A DNA stretch of 64,000 nucleotides from an uncultured delta proteobacterium (GCA_963755125.1 CAVWIP010000018.1:64001-128000); one strand, 5' to 3'; counted from the stretch's first letter, positions 41,101 through 51,744 are shown. The notes: generated by a model not told the origin, from the letters alone. Program-made: numbers and translations.

Positions 41101-41847
41101 GTGAAGAAGCACGAGCCGCGCCAGAAGATCCTGCTCGCCGTCCTGTTGCTGCTCCCGTCGGCGGCGGCCTACGCGCTCCACTGGGCCATCTTCCGCAACG
41201 CCCACGACATCTTCTTCTACCTTTTGATGGACGTAGCCTTCCTGTTCGTGCAGGCGGTTCTGGCCACTCTGGTATTCGATCGGCTGCTCAATGCGCACGA
41301 GCATGAGGCAATTCGAAAGAAGCTGAACGTGGTCGTCGGCGTCTTCTTCAGTCAGGTGGGCACGCCGCTTTTGCGCCTGCTCTCCGCTTTCGATCGCCGC
41401 GTGGAAGATGCGCGCAAGCATCTGAAGGTCGACGGCGGCTGGAACGAGCAACACTTCGCCAAGATGCAGACCGTCCTGCAAGGCCACCAGCCCGAGATCG
41501 ACGCGGGCCGGGGCGATCTGGCCCTGCTGAAAGTCACCCTGGAACAGCAACGCGACTTCCTGGTGCGCTTGCTCGAAAATCCCAACCTGCTTGAACACGA
41601 AACTCTGACCGAACTGCTGTGGGCGGTGTTCCATCTGGTCGACGAACTCGCGCACCGGCCGAGCCTGGCCAGTTTGCCGGCACCGGATCGCAAACACCTG
41701 GAGATCGACATCCGGCGCGCCTACGACTTGCTGGTCAAGGAATGGCTGCGACACATGCAGCACCTCAAGACCGACTACCCGTACCTCTTCTCCCTCGCCG
41801 TGCGGACCAACCCGTTCGACCCCGACGCCAGGGTGGAAGTTTCGTAG
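41101..41847 (+). CDS. Hypothetical membrane protein (two N-terminal TM segments)
   Basis: Coding-like ORF with ordinary composition (LLENPNLLEHE…LLWAVFHL). Confidence 0.75.
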   Translation: MKKHEPRQKILLAVLLLLPSAAAYALHWAIFRNAHDIFFYLLMDVAFLFVQAVLATLVFDRLLNAHEHEAIRKKLNVVVGVFFSQVGTPLLRLLSAFDRRVEDARKHLKVDGGWNEQHFAKMQTVLQGHQPEIDAGRGDLALLKVTLEQQRDFLVRLLENPNLLEHETLTELLWAVFHLVDELAHRPSLASLPAPDRKHLEIDIRRAYDLLVKEWLRHMQHLKTDYPYLFSLAVRTNPFDPDARVEVS

Positions 41848-42004
41848 CAACTCCAAGATCGAAAAACTTGGAGCCACGTCGCATCTGCATTATCCTACAT
41901 CTATCCACATGGCACGACATGACCTTACAGAGTCGTGTTTCGCAACAGCGGCCGAAAGCCCGGCGCGTCCCAAGCGCGCCGGGCAATCTCTGCTGCTTCG
42001 CCCG

Positions 42005-42403
42005 ATGGCGCGCGCTCGGCGCATCGCCATGTTCGAACGCGAGGTGCGCGAGCGCCTGTCGCGCGCGGCGCTGGATGCCGTTCTGGACCGCGCCGAGGTG
42101 ATCTCCGAGGGCCAGCGGGCCGAACGCAACGGCAAGGATTCCTACCTTGGGTCGACCATGGTGACCGCCGACCTGGACAGCCTCGGTCCCGTGGTGCGCG
42201 AGCCCGGCGACGCGGGCACGGCGCAGCGACTGGCTGCGCTCCTGCGCGCTGACCTGACCATCAAGGCGCGCATGGATGCCCTCGCCTGTCGCGAAGTCTT
42301 GCGCGTGACCGGCGCGCGGCCCAAGGGCGTGCGCACCGAGATCCAGATTCGCGCGCAAGGATCGCGCGTGTTCATCGACGCTGACGTGGAGGCGAGCTTC
42401 TGA
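42005..42403 (+). CDS. Hypothetical protein
   Basis: GC3-biased ORF; TGATG coupling to the next gene. Confidence 0.7.
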   Translation: MARARRIAMFEREVRERLSRAALDAVLDRAEVISEGQRAERNGKDSYLGSTMVTADLDSLGPVVREPGDAGTAQRLAALLRADLTIKARMDALACREVLRVTGARPKGVRTEIQIRAQGSRVFIDADVEASF

Positions 42404-43323
42404 TGGCCGGCGCTGTCGAGCAGGAATACACCTTCGCCACGGTTTCCCGTATCCTCGGCGTAGCCGAGGCCAAGCTGCGCTACTGGTCGCAGTCCGGCTT
42501 CGTGGGCCCGTCGCGCCGACGAGGGGCGCGCCAGACGTATACATTTCAGGATCTGGTGGCCGTGCGCGCGGCCAAGGAACTGGTCGAGCGCGGTTTTTCG
42601 CCCGCGCAGATCCGCAAGGCCCTGGATGCCGTGCGCGCCGCGCTTCCGGCCGTGAATCGGCCGCTGGAGCGCCTGCGCGTGGCCTGGGACGGAAATACCC
42701 TGGCTCTGGTCACCGACGGCGCGGCTTTTGAAGTCAACGGCCAGCGCTTGTTTGATTTCGGCCTGGGCGATCTGGCGGCGCGCGCAGCCTCGGTGGCAGC
42801 GCTACCCACTCCACGCCCCACGCTGAGCAACCCGGACGGAATCGAGCGCTCGGCCTACCAGTGGTTCACCTTCGCGCTCGCGCGAGAAGCGGAAGGCAAG
42901 ACTGACCAGGCTGCGGCGGCCTATCGCCAGGCGCTCGCCGCGGACCCAGGGCTGGCCGCGGCGCACACCAACCTGGGTACGCTGGCGTACGACGCCGGCG
43001 ATGCCGGGGCGGCGCGCGCGTCGTTCGAGGCGGCCCTGGCCCTCGATCCCGAGCAGACCGAGGCGCGCTACAACCTGGCGCACATCCTTCACGAGCTGGG
43101 CGAGGTCGAGCTGGCTGCCTCGGAGCTACGGCGGGTCGTGCAGACCGCCCCCGATTTCGCCGACGCGCACTACAACCTGGCCACCGCCCTCGAACACCTG
43201 GGCAGCCAGCGTCAGGCGGTGGAACACCTGCGCCGCTACGCGGATCTGGCCGCCGACGGTGGCGAAGACATCGGCCCCTGGTTGGACGAAGCGCGGGCGC
43301 GGCTAGGTCGACTCCAGGCTTGA
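42403..43323 (+). CDS. MerR-like HTH plus TPR protein
   Basis: VSRILGV…LRYWSQSGFVGP…YTFQDL; about four TPRs. Confidence 0.85.
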   Translation: MAGAVEQEYTFATVSRILGVAEAKLRYWSQSGFVGPSRRRGARQTYTFQDLVAVRAAKELVERGFSPAQIRKALDAVRAALPAVNRPLERLRVAWDGNTLALVTDGAAFEVNGQRLFDFGLGDLAARAASVAALPTPRPTLSNPDGIERSAYQWFTFALAREAEGKTDQAAAAYRQALAADPGLAAAHTNLGTLAYDAGDAGAARASFEAALALDPEQTEARYNLAHILHELGEVELAASELRRVVQTAPDFADAHYNLATALEHLGSQRQAVEHLRRYADLAADGGEDIGPWLDEARARLGRLQA

Positions 43324-43406
43324 CCGGCGCCTGCCATCTGCCGATGTAAAGGAAGCTGTTTCAAGAAATTGCCTTCCTTTCGGCAGTCGTCATAGTTGAA
43401 AAACCC

Positions 43407-43664
43407 ATGCCCGCCTGGTTCGTGTACGTGGTCCGCTGCCGCGATGGATCCCTGTACACGGGCGTCGCCCGTGACGTGAGCGCGCGCGTGGCCAAGCACA
43501 ACCAGGGACGCGGCGCCCGCTACACCCGGGGCCGGCGGCCCGTGGCGCTGGTGCACATGGAGCGCAAGCAATCCCAGGGTGCAGCCTTGCGGCGCGAGGC
43601 TGCCATCAAGGCGCTGCCCCGCAAGGCGAAGCTGGCGCTGACAAGCAAGGCGGCTGTCGCGTGA
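43407..43664 (+). CDS. GIY-YIG nuclease family protein (UPF0213/YhbQ-like)
   Basis: FVYVVRCRDGSLYTG…RVAKHNQGRGARYTRGRRP…ALRRE. Confidence 0.9.
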   Translation: MPAWFVYVVRCRDGSLYTGVARDVSARVAKHNQGRGARYTRGRRPVALVHMERKQSQGAALRREAAIKALPRKAKLALTSKAAVA

Positions 43665-44347
43665 TGCGCATTGTGCTGATCTCGACTTTGCTATCGGCGG
43701 CTGAAGGCAAACCCGAGCGCGTGCTGATTCCCGCCGGCGCCTTTGTGAAAGGATCCAATCGCGGCGCCGACGACGAGCGGCCCCTCGGCAAGCGCATCCT
43801 GCCCGCATACAAGATCGACCGCACCGAGGTCACGCGCGCCATGTACGCGCGCTGTGTGGCCAGCCGCCGCTGTCCGAAACCAGACATCGATCTGGCCCAG
43901 GACCCTGAACTGCCTGTCACCAACGTGAACTGGCACGAGGCGCGCGCCTTCTGCGCTTTTGCCGGCGGCCGTCTGCCGAGTGAAGACGAATGGGAAAAAG
44001 CGGCGCGCGGAACCGACGGCCGCGAATATCCCTGGGGCAACGAGTTGGATTGTTCTCGCGCCAACTGGGGCAACTTCGAGAACGAAGGCCCCTGCGCGGG
44101 CAAGAACCCGGGCCGGCCCACGAAAGTGGGCAGTTACCCACAGGGCGCCAGCCCCTACGGCGTCGACGACATGGCCGGCAACGTGTGGGAGTGGACGGCG
44201 GACAAGTACGATCGCGACCCCAGCCGGCGCGTGGTGCGCGGCGGTTCCTGCTGCAGCTACTTCGTCGAGCCACGCGCCGCCAACCGAAACGCCTGGGATC
44301 CCGAGCATCGCGACGGCGACCTGGGATTTCGCTGTGTAGCGAGATGA
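43661..44347 (+). CDS. FGE-sulfatase (SUMF1-like) domain protein
   Basis: TEVT, RLPSEDEWEKAARG, DMAGNVWEW, RGGS, GFRC. Confidence 0.9.
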   Translation: MMRIVLISTLLSAAEGKPERVLIPAGAFVKGSNRGADDERPLGKRILPAYKIDRTEVTRAMYARCVASRRCPKPDIDLAQDPELPVTNVNWHEARAFCAFAGGRLPSEDEWEKAARGTDGREYPWGNELDCSRANWGNFENEGPCAGKNPGRPTKVGSYPQGASPYGVDDMAGNVWEWTADKYDRDPSRRVVRGGSCCSYFVEPRAANRNAWDPEHRDGDLGFRCVAR

Positions 44348-44351
44348 GCAC

Positions 44352-46322
44352 ATGAAGTACCGAGATCTGCTAGCCAACGTGTCCGCGCTCCTGCTTCTCA
44401 GCGCGACCGCGTCCGCACTTCCCGCAAGCCGTGCCGGCGCCAGGCCCAAGCCCGCGACTGTCGCCAAGCTCGGTCGCCGCGCGTCCGTCGCCAAGGGCAA
44501 CCAGGCCGCGACCCGACCGACGCCGACGGTTTCCAAGGCCGCCAAGCTGGCGGCAAAGCCTGCTTCACCCTCGGGCAAGCGCGTTGCCACCTCAACCAGC
44601 GCGGCGGCTCGCACTTCGCTCGGTAGCACCAGCGCGGTTCCAGCCAGCAAGGCACTGGCCGCGCCGGCCGACAACGAGGCGCCTGCACCCGCTGCCGACG
44701 ATCCCGATCGCGAGCGCGTCCTGGGCCTGCAGGAGGCGCTGACTCGCATCGTTCACGGCTCGGTGCTGGGCCGGCTGCGCGTGGGCATGCGCGTGCTGGA
44801 CCTGGCCACCGGCCACGTGCTCTTCAGCCGGCGCGGCTCGGTGCTCATGGATCCCGCGTCCAACCAGAAGGTGCTGGCCACCGCCACGGCGCTCCTGCGT
44901 CTGGGCAGCACCTGGCGCTTCCGCACCGAGCTGTCGGGGCCTTTGCCCGACGGGGACGGGACGATTGCCGGCGACCTGATCCTGCGTGGCAGCGGCGATC
45001 CGTCGCTGCGAGGCGCGCACCTCGACGCCATGGCCGAGGATCTGGCCCGCCGAGGCGTCACCCGCGTCGAGGGCCGCGTGCTGGGCGATCCGCGGCGCAT
45101 CGGCTCCGACGAAGCCACCATCATCGGCCGCTCGCCGGTGCGGGTGGGCTGGGCAGCCATCGAAGTACACGTGCGGCCGGGCGACAAGGTCGGCGCCAAC
45201 GCGCTCGCCTCGTTGCGGCCCGGCTCCGATTCCGTGCGACTGGTGAACCAGGCCGTGACGGGCAAGGGCCGCGGCCGCATCAGCGTGTCGGTGTCACGCG
45301 CTGGCCAACACATCGAAGTTCTGGTCGCGGGCAAGATCGGGCTTGGTCGTGCCGGTATCGTGGTCCGGCGAGCGCCGCCCAGCGACACGTTGTGGGCCGC
45401 GATCCTGATGCGCGCGGCGCTGATCCAGGCGGGCATCAACGTGCGCGGTGTGGCTGGCGTGTACACGGGCGAGGGGCGCGATCGCCTGGTCGCCGCGCCG
45501 GCAGGCGCTGACCTGCAACTTGCGTCGGCGACCCAGTTTGGCGACACGCCCGTGGCCCTGATGCACCGGAGCCCGGCGCCCAGCGCCGATATTCTCGCGG
45601 TACACGAGTCGGCCCCCCTGCCCTTGCTCATCCGTCGGGTCAACAAGAACTCGGACAACGAGTGGGCCGAGCGGGTGCTGGAGGCCGCGGGCGCCGAGAG
45701 CTACGGCGGCAGCGCCAACACCGCCAAGGGTGTACGCGCCTTGCGTGAGGCGCTCACCGATCTGGGCGTGCCGGCGTCGGGCTACAGCCCGGCCAATGGC
45801 TCGGGCCTGGGCCACCAGAATCGCGTAGCCCCGGCCACCATGGCGGACCTGCTGCGGCGGCTGTACTTCGACCCGCGCGTGGGACCGGATCTGCTGCAAT
45901 CGCTCTCGGTGGGCGGCGTGGACGGCACCACACGCAATCGTTTCCGCGGCTCGTCCGCGGCCGAGAGGGTGCGCGCCAAGACCGGCACGCTCAACGGCGT
46001 GTCCTGTCTTTCGGGCTACGTGGGCGACAAGTCCGACGTGGTGGCCTTCTCCATCATGGTCGAGGGCCACCGTCGCCGCGCGGTCACCAGCGTGCGCAGC
46101 GCTCAGGTCAGCGCCGTGAACGCGATGATGCGCTATGCGCGCGGCACCCTCGGCCCTGCGCCCGCCGAGGAAGCCATGCCGACCGAGGATCTGGAAACCG
46201 GCGGCGAGGCCGCCGAGCTGGAAGGCGAGGTCGAGTTACCCGAGCGCGCGCCGGCGCAAAAGGCCGACGAGAGCATCGATCAAATGCTGAAAGACTTCGG
46301 CGCCCCTGGCAACGATCCGTAG
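44352..46322 (+). CDS. dacB: D-Ala-D-Ala carboxypeptidase/endopeptidase PBP4 (peptidase S13)
   Basis: PASNQK (SxxK), SDN, KTGTL; signal peptide and low-complexity N-terminus. Confidence 0.9.
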   Translation: MKYRDLLANVSALLLLSATASALPASRAGARPKPATVAKLGRRASVAKGNQAATRPTPTVSKAAKLAAKPASPSGKRVATSTSAAARTSLGSTSAVPASKALAAPADNEAPAPAADDPDRERVLGLQEALTRIVHGSVLGRLRVGMRVLDLATGHVLFSRRGSVLMDPASNQKVLATATALLRLGSTWRFRTELSGPLPDGDGTIAGDLILRGSGDPSLRGAHLDAMAEDLARRGVTRVEGRVLGDPRRIGSDEATIIGRSPVRVGWAAIEVHVRPGDKVGANALASLRPGSDSVRLVNQAVTGKGRGRISVSVSRAGQHIEVLVAGKIGLGRAGIVVRRAPPSDTLWAAILMRAALIQAGINVRGVAGVYTGEGRDRLVAAPAGADLQLASATQFGDTPVALMHRSPAPSADILAVHESAPLPLLIRRVNKNSDNEWAERVLEAAGAESYGGSANTAKGVRALREALTDLGVPASGYSPANGSGLGHQNRVAPATMADLLRRLYFDPRVGPDLLQSLSVGGVDGTTRNRFRGSSAAERVRAKTGTLNGVSCLSGYVGDKSDVVAFSIMVEGHRRRAVTSVRSAQVSAVNAMMRYARGTLGPAPAEEAMPTEDLETGGEAAELEGEVELPERAPAQKADESIDQMLKDFGAPGNDP

Positions 46323-46326
46323 GCAA

Positions 46327-47307
46327 TTATTCGGAATACACGACCCACAGCACGCCGACGACGGTGATCGCGCTGCCGATGGCCGAGCGCAGGGTCAGCA
46401 GCTCGCCAAAGAAGATGAGCCCGCCCAGCACGGTGAGCACGACCGTCACCTGATGGATGATGCCCATGGCCGTGGCGGTCACGTGCTTGAGCGCCCGGGT
46501 CATAATGAGCTGGGCCCACACGCTGGTCGCTGCCACGCAGAGAAGCAGCAGCCATTCGCGGGCGCTGGGCGCGACCCAGCGACCGAATGGCGGCAGCACC
46601 GGCGGCAGGGTGGCCACTACGCCGACCAGGGTGAACGAGGCGAACACCGACCAGTAGCTCTCGGCGGGCGTGCCATCGTCTCCCGATCGGCGTGCCGCTC
46701 GGATGGCGGTCACCGCCATGCCCGCGAACACCGCTGACAGCACCGCGACCAGATCCCATCCGCTCACCCGCCACGCGCCGCCTCCACCGTCCACGATCGA
46801 CACCACGCCGATCGAGGTCAGCATCAGCGCCAAAACCGCATGCCGACGCGGCCGTTCCTTGAGCAAGGCCCAGCCGAAGAGCAGCGAATAGACCGGCGAC
46901 GTGTAGTTGAGCAAGGTGGCCCGGCCCACGCCCAGATGCTCGATGCAGGCGAAGTACAGCAGCACGGCCGTGCCGCCGAAAAAGCCGCGCACGAACAACC
47001 AGCGCCAGCGGTGCGGCCGCAACTCGACGCGGAAGATTGCCCAGGCGCCCGCCACCACCACGACCCCGACGCAGAAGCGCACCAGCGCCACCTGCGGCCC
47101 CGGGATGCCGCGCGAAACCAGCCGCGCCAGCATGGCCATGATGGCGAACAAGGTCGCTGACACCAGCAAGCTGGCCGAGGCGCGACGGGCTGAACTGGGC
47201 TGGGCCGCGGGCGGGAGATCGGTGGTTTCTTCCGGAAACAAGAGACTCTTTCGCGAAAAGAAGCAGCCTACACGAAGACTGCGGCCATCGCCCGAGGACC
47301 GACACAC
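46327..47307 (-). CDS. DMT/EamA family transporter (start uncertain)
   Basis: About ten TM segments; ATLLNYTSPVYS…LLKE and FFGE motifs. Confidence 0.85.
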   Translation of the reverse strand: MCRSSGDGRSLRVGCFFSRKSLLFPEETTDLPPAAQPSSARRASASLLVSATLFAIMAMLARLVSRGIPGPQVALVRFCVGVVVVAGAWAIFRVELRPHRWRWLFVRGFFGGTAVLLYFACIEHLGVGRATLLNYTSPVYSLLFGWALLKERPRRHAVLALMLTSIGVVSIVDGGGGAWRVSGWDLVAVLSAVFAGMAVTAIRAARRSGDDGTPAESYWSVFASFTLVGVVATLPPVLPPFGRWVAPSAREWLLLLCVAATSVWAQLIMTRALKHVTATAMGIIHQVTVVLTVLGGLIFFGELLTLRSAIGSAITVVGVLWVVYSE

Positions 47308-47360
47308 GACGGTCTTGTGCGGCTCCGATCGTCGAGTGACAATGCGCGCCGGGGGAGAGA

Positions 47361-47958
47361 ATGTCCAAAACTACATGCAATAGATTAGGGTATTTGAGTC
47401 TGCGCCCGGTCACGCAGTCCATGCTGGTCGCGCTTATCACGGCAGGTCTTGCGGCGTCGCCCGCGTTGGCCCAGGAACCACCTGCACCGCCCGTGTCAGC
47501 AGTCAGCGCTCCAGCGGCATCTCCGAGCCCGCCCAACGACAAGATCGAATTGGGAGCGGCCCCGGCTGCGACAGCCAAGGCAGCGGAGTGCGCCTGCGTT
47601 CCTGTCGAATTTCCGATCCCGGTCTTCGTGGATGATCCTATACGTCTCGCAGAACTCACGAGGTCGGACCCCTTGGTGTTTTGAACAGGCTGACCGCCTT
47701 GCATCAAGGAAAAGTGCCGCGAGAAACGTGGCTGGGGCCGGCGTCGTACTTGGTCTTGGGACGCTCGGCATCGGAACCATGATGAGGTTGCACGACGCCC
47801 ATTGGAGAGCCGGAAACGCTGCCACGTTCATTTCGGGTGGGGTGCTCACAATTGCGTCTATTCTGGTGGCTTGGGCGATCTGGCCGGATCGAGATGACCG
47901 GATGGATGTCATCAACACCTGGAACCAGCGTCACCCGCAGTCTGTCCTCTGGCCCTGA
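47361..47958 (+). pseudogene. Frameshifted gene for an exported/membrane protein
   Basis: Signal-peptide ORF stops at GTG TTT TGA (47676-47684); removing one T continues VFEQADRLASRK… through two TM segments to 47958. Confidence 0.6.
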
Positions 47959-48118
47959 GGCAACGCGACCAGCGACCACCTCAAGGCGATCGCCTGGCGC
48001 CCCTACAAGATTCTTGCCATAGGCGCCCGGCGGTCACCCCCGCCGCATCGGCCGATCGCCAGGAAGGGGACAGCGATCTGTAGGAGACTCGGACTGTTCT
48101 GCGCTATCCTCTTGATCT

Positions 48119-49576
48119 ATGGGCGACGGAGAGAAAAGCCTTCCTTCTCTCGACGCGACCATCCTGGTCAGAAACACGACTGAGGCCGAGGCCAGGGTGT
48201 CCGCCGACACGCTGGAAGGTACGCGCCTCAAGCACTTCGAGGTCGTGCGTCTGCTGGGCCGCGGGGGCATGGGCGCGGTCTACTACGGCAGCGACACGTC
48301 GCTGGAACGCCCGGTGGCCATCAAGGTGCTGGCGCCCGAATTCGCCCATGACCCGGAAGTGGTTGTGCGCTTCGAGCGCGAAGCGCGCGCGCAGGCGAGG
48401 TTGCGCCATCCCAACGTCGCGCAGATCTATTTCATCGGAGAGGATCGCGGCGTTCACTTCTTCGTCATGGAGTATCTGGAAGGGCCGGGGCTGGACTCGC
48501 TGCTGGCCCAGCCGGAACCCTTGCCCTGGGCCAAGGCGCTGGAATACACCATCGCCGCGGCCCGCGGGCTGCGCGCGGCCTTTGCCCAGGGCTTCGTCCA
48601 TCGCGACGTCAAGCCGTCCAACCTGATGCTCGATCGCGAGGCCGGCATCAAGATTCTCGACTTCGGGCTGGTCAAGAGCATGCACGGCGACTCGCAGCTC
48701 ACGCGCGACGGGGCCATCATTGGCTCGCCGCTCTACATGTCGCCCGAGCAGGGACGCGGCGGCGCCGTCGACCTTCGCTCGGACATCTACTCGCTCGGCT
48801 GCGCGCTCTACCACATGCTGTGCGGCCGGCCGCCGTTTAGCGGCCCTTCGCCGGTCGGCGTGATCTCGATGCACGTCACTGACAAGGCCGCGCCGGTGCG
48901 CGTGCTCAATCCCAACGTGCCCGAGGTGCTGGCCCGCATCGTCGAACGCATGATGGCCAAAGAGCCCGCGGATCGCTTTGCCAGCTACGACGATTTGCTG
49001 GCGGCGCTGGAATCGGCGCGAGCCGACCGACGCCAACTGTCCGGGTTTCGTACGCGAGGGATCGCTTTGGCCATCGACGGGCTCCTGCTGGCGGCGGTCG
49101 CGTACTTCATCGGCCCGTGGGTTCTCGCAGTGGCGTTCGCGTATTTCGTCCTGTTTCACCGTCTGCTCGGGCAAACCCCGGGCAAGTGGCTGCTCGGCAT
49201 TCGCGTCGAAGATCCAGTCGGAAGCCGCATTTCGTGGAAGGCGGCACTGATTCGCTTCCTGGTCTTTGCCTGGGGCCCGCTCGCCTGGACGGTGCTGGCG
49301 GTGGTCGTCTATTCCTTGCACCACAACGAACGCGTGGCCTTCCGCCTGGACAGCCTCACCTTGTCGCAGCTCGCTTTGCCAGCGCTCTACGTCGCGCTGG
49401 CAACCGCGATCCTGGTCGCCTACCTGGCGGGATTTCTGCTGGTCGCCTTCCATCCCCGGCGGCTGGCCCTGCACGACATCCTGGCGCGCACCGAAGTCCG
49501 CTTCAAAGCGCGGCCGCCGGCCGAACAGGTGGTCGAGGCCGTGAAAGCGACGACGTTTACTCGGCGTTCGCGCTAG
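48119..49576 (+). CDS. Ser/Thr protein kinase with C-terminal RDD membrane domain
   Basis: [30 protein letters not shown]…GQTPGK…[10 protein letters not shown]. Confidence 0.9.
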   Translation: MGDGEKSLPSLDATILVRNTTEAEARVSADTLEGTRLKHFEVVRLLGRGGMGAVYYGSDTSLERPVAIKVLAPEFAHDPEVVVRFEREARAQARLRHPNVAQIYFIGEDRGVHFFVMEYLEGPGLDSLLAQPEPLPWAKALEYTIAAARGLRAAFAQGFVHRDVKPSNLMLDREAGIKILDFGLVKSMHGDSQLTRDGAIIGSPLYMSPEQGRGGAVDLRSDIYSLGCALYHMLCGRPPFSGPSPVGVISMHVTDKAAPVRVLNPNVPEVLARIVERMMAKEPADRFASYDDLLAALESARADRRQLSGFRTRGIALAIDGLLLAAVAYFIGPWVLAVAFAYFVLFHRLLGQTPGKWLLGIRVEDPVGSRISWKAALIRFLVFAWGPLAWTVLAVVVYSLHHNERVAFRLDSLTLSQLALPALYVALATAILVAYLAGFLLVAFHPRRLALHDILARTEVRFKARPPAEQVVEAVKATTFTRRSR

Positions 49577-50816
49577 CCCCGTTGGCGCGCGCGGAACCGT
49601 TCTTGCCCGGACGTTTGGCCGCGCGGGCCGACTTGCTCGCGCCATTGACACCCTTGGCGGCCTCGCGCAGCACCTCGGCCCGATCTGTGCGCTCCCAGGT
49701 GAACTCGGCATCGCTGCGGCCGAAGTGACCGTAGGCCGCGGTCTTGCGGAAGATGGGACGGCGCAGATCCAGCTCGCGGATGAGTGCGCCGGGGCGCGCG
49801 TCGAAGTTGGCCTGCACCAGCTCGGACAGGCGGTCGTCGGGCAGCGCGCCGGTGCCGAAGCTCTGCACCAGCAGCGACACCGGTTCCGCCACACCGATGG
49901 CATAGGCAAGCTGCACCTCGCAGCGACGGGCCAGGCCCGCTGCCACCAGGTTCTTGGCGATGTAGCGCGCGTAGTAGCAGGCCGAGCGATCGACCTTGGA
50001 GGGATCCTTGCCCGAGAACGCGCCGCCGCCGTGGCGACCCATGCCGCCGTAGGTGTCCACGATGATCTTGCGGCCGGTCAGCCCCGAGTCGCCCATGGGA
50101 CCGCCCACCACGAAGCGGCCGGTGGGGTTGATGAAGTACTTGGTCTTGCCCGACACCAGGCGGCTGGGCAGCACGGGCTTGATGACTTCCTCCATCACCA
50201 CCTCGCGCAAAAGCTTGTACTTCACGCTCTCGCTGTGCTGGGTGGAGATGACGACCGCATCGATGGCGACCGGCTGGTTCTTCTCGTCGTAGCGAATCGT
50301 CACCTGGCTCTTGCCATCGGGACGGAAGAAATCCACGATGCGCTTCTTGCGCACGTCCGACAGCCGCTTGGCCAGCTTGTGCGCCAGCATGATGGGCGCC
50401 GGCATCAGCTCGGGCGTCTCGTCGCAGGCGTAGCCGAACATCATGCCTTGGTCACCCGCGCCCTGCTCGTCGTGGGTGTAGACGCCGTGGCCGTCTACCC
50501 CTTGGGCGATGTCGGGTGATTGCCGCTCGATCGCCACCAGCACGCCGCAGGTCTTCCAGTCGAAGCCCATGGCCGAATCCTCGTAGCCGATGCCCTTGAC
50601 CACGTCGCGCACGATGGCAGGAAACTCGACCTTGGCGGTGGTGGTGATCTCGCCGGCCACCATCACGAAGCCTGTCTTGGTCAAAGCCTCGCAGGCCACC
50701 CGGCAGGTCTTGTCTTCGCTGATGATGGCGTCGAGGACGCCGTCCGACACCTGGTCGCACAGCTTGTCAGGATGGCCTTCGGTCACACTCTCGGACGTGA
50801 ACAGATACTCAGACAT
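49557..50816 (-). CDS. metK: S-adenosylmethionine synthetase
   Basis: [28 protein letters not shown]. Confidence 0.97.
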   Translation of the reverse strand: MSEYLFTSESVTEGHPDKLCDQVSDGVLDAIISEDKTCRVACEALTKTGFVMVAGEITTTAKVEFPAIVRDVVKGIGYEDSAMGFDWKTCGVLVAIERQSPDIAQGVDGHGVYTHDEQGAGDQGMMFGYACDETPELMPAPIMLAHKLAKRLSDVRKKRIVDFFRPDGKSQVTIRYDEKNQPVAIDAVVISTQHSESVKYKLLREVVMEEVIKPVLPSRLVSGKTKYFINPTGRFVVGGPMGDSGLTGRKIIVDTYGGMGRHGGGAFSGKDPSKVDRSACYYARYIAKNLVAAGLARRCEVQLAYAIGVAEPVSLLVQSFGTGALPDDRLSELVQANFDARPGALIRELDLRRPIFRKTAAYGHFGRSDAEFTWERTDRAEVLREAAKGVNGASKSARAAKRPGKNGSARANGASANAE

Positions 50817-50947
50817 ACAGATGGTCTCCAAATCGGTTACGGGGTTGAATGTGTGAGTCTCCCAGCCGCAGTACGATCCGTCAACGGCGATAGTGCGGTT
50901 CTGGAATTGGGAATAGCGGGGTGCGCCGTGTGTGATTTTCGGCTGCG

Positions 50948-51629
50948 CTATTTCCCGTCCTCCTTGAGCCGTTGTGCCTCGGCGAACGATTGATCGGCAA
51001 GCGCCTTCTGGCCCAGCCTTGCCGCCAGGTCACCGATATTCTGCCGAATCCACCACCGGCCCGACAGGGCCTGGGCCGAATACTGCTCGGTCTGGACCGC
51101 CCGGTCAAAGTGATACCGGGCCTGGTCCCAGTTGCCCAGTTGTTGGTAGGCAATGCCCAGGTTGATGTGGATGATGTGCCAGTTGGGCGCCAGCTCCAGC
51201 GCAAGCCGATAATACTTGAGCGCCTCGTTGTACTGGCCCCGGCGCATGAAGGTCAACCCGTAATTGACGTACGCGCGCGACGAAGGCGCCTTGTTGATGA
51301 TGTCGCGGTAATACGACTCTTCATTGGTAAAGGATCTGCGTCAGGTGCCACGACCAGGTGTCGTATCCGCTGATCGCATAGTTGATCGCATAGGTCACCT
51401 GCAACACGGGCCGATAATCGGCATTGGCCGGCAGGCTGGTGAGCGTGCGGCCGTCGACAAAGTATTGCGGAATGAACTTCAGACTCCGGACATAGGAGTT
51501 CTCCAGCAGGAGATGCCCGCCGTCGAGCGGATAATCGTGCCGGTAATTGTTCGAGAAGACGGCAAACGCGGCCGCCGTCAAGACAGCGACGTGCAGCGGA
51601 GTGTGGCACCGGAGATAGAAGTTCTTCAT
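50948..51629 (-). pseudogene. TMTC-like GT-C/TPR gene remnant with a large internal deletion
   Basis: N-terminal ~100 aa (…YRPV…WHLTQIL) joined out of frame near 51330 to TNEESYYRD…KAP… and TPRs. Confidence 0.75.
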
Positions 51630-51744
51630 TGGCGGCGGAGCCCGGCGATGAAAGCACACGCCTCGGAATTGGCAAGCCGAGGCGAACGGTCTCCGGCGGT
51701 TGACCTCCCGCTCGAATCAAACCTTGTGCTAGCCTTGGCACAGG

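Noticed and set aside
47985..48038. Imperfect GC-rich hairpin after the frameshifted gene
   Set aside because: Compatible with an ordinary terminator-like stem; no second copy or covariation seen
50817..50947. SAM riboswitch upstream of metK
   Set aside because: No SAM-I or SAM-II consensus recognised
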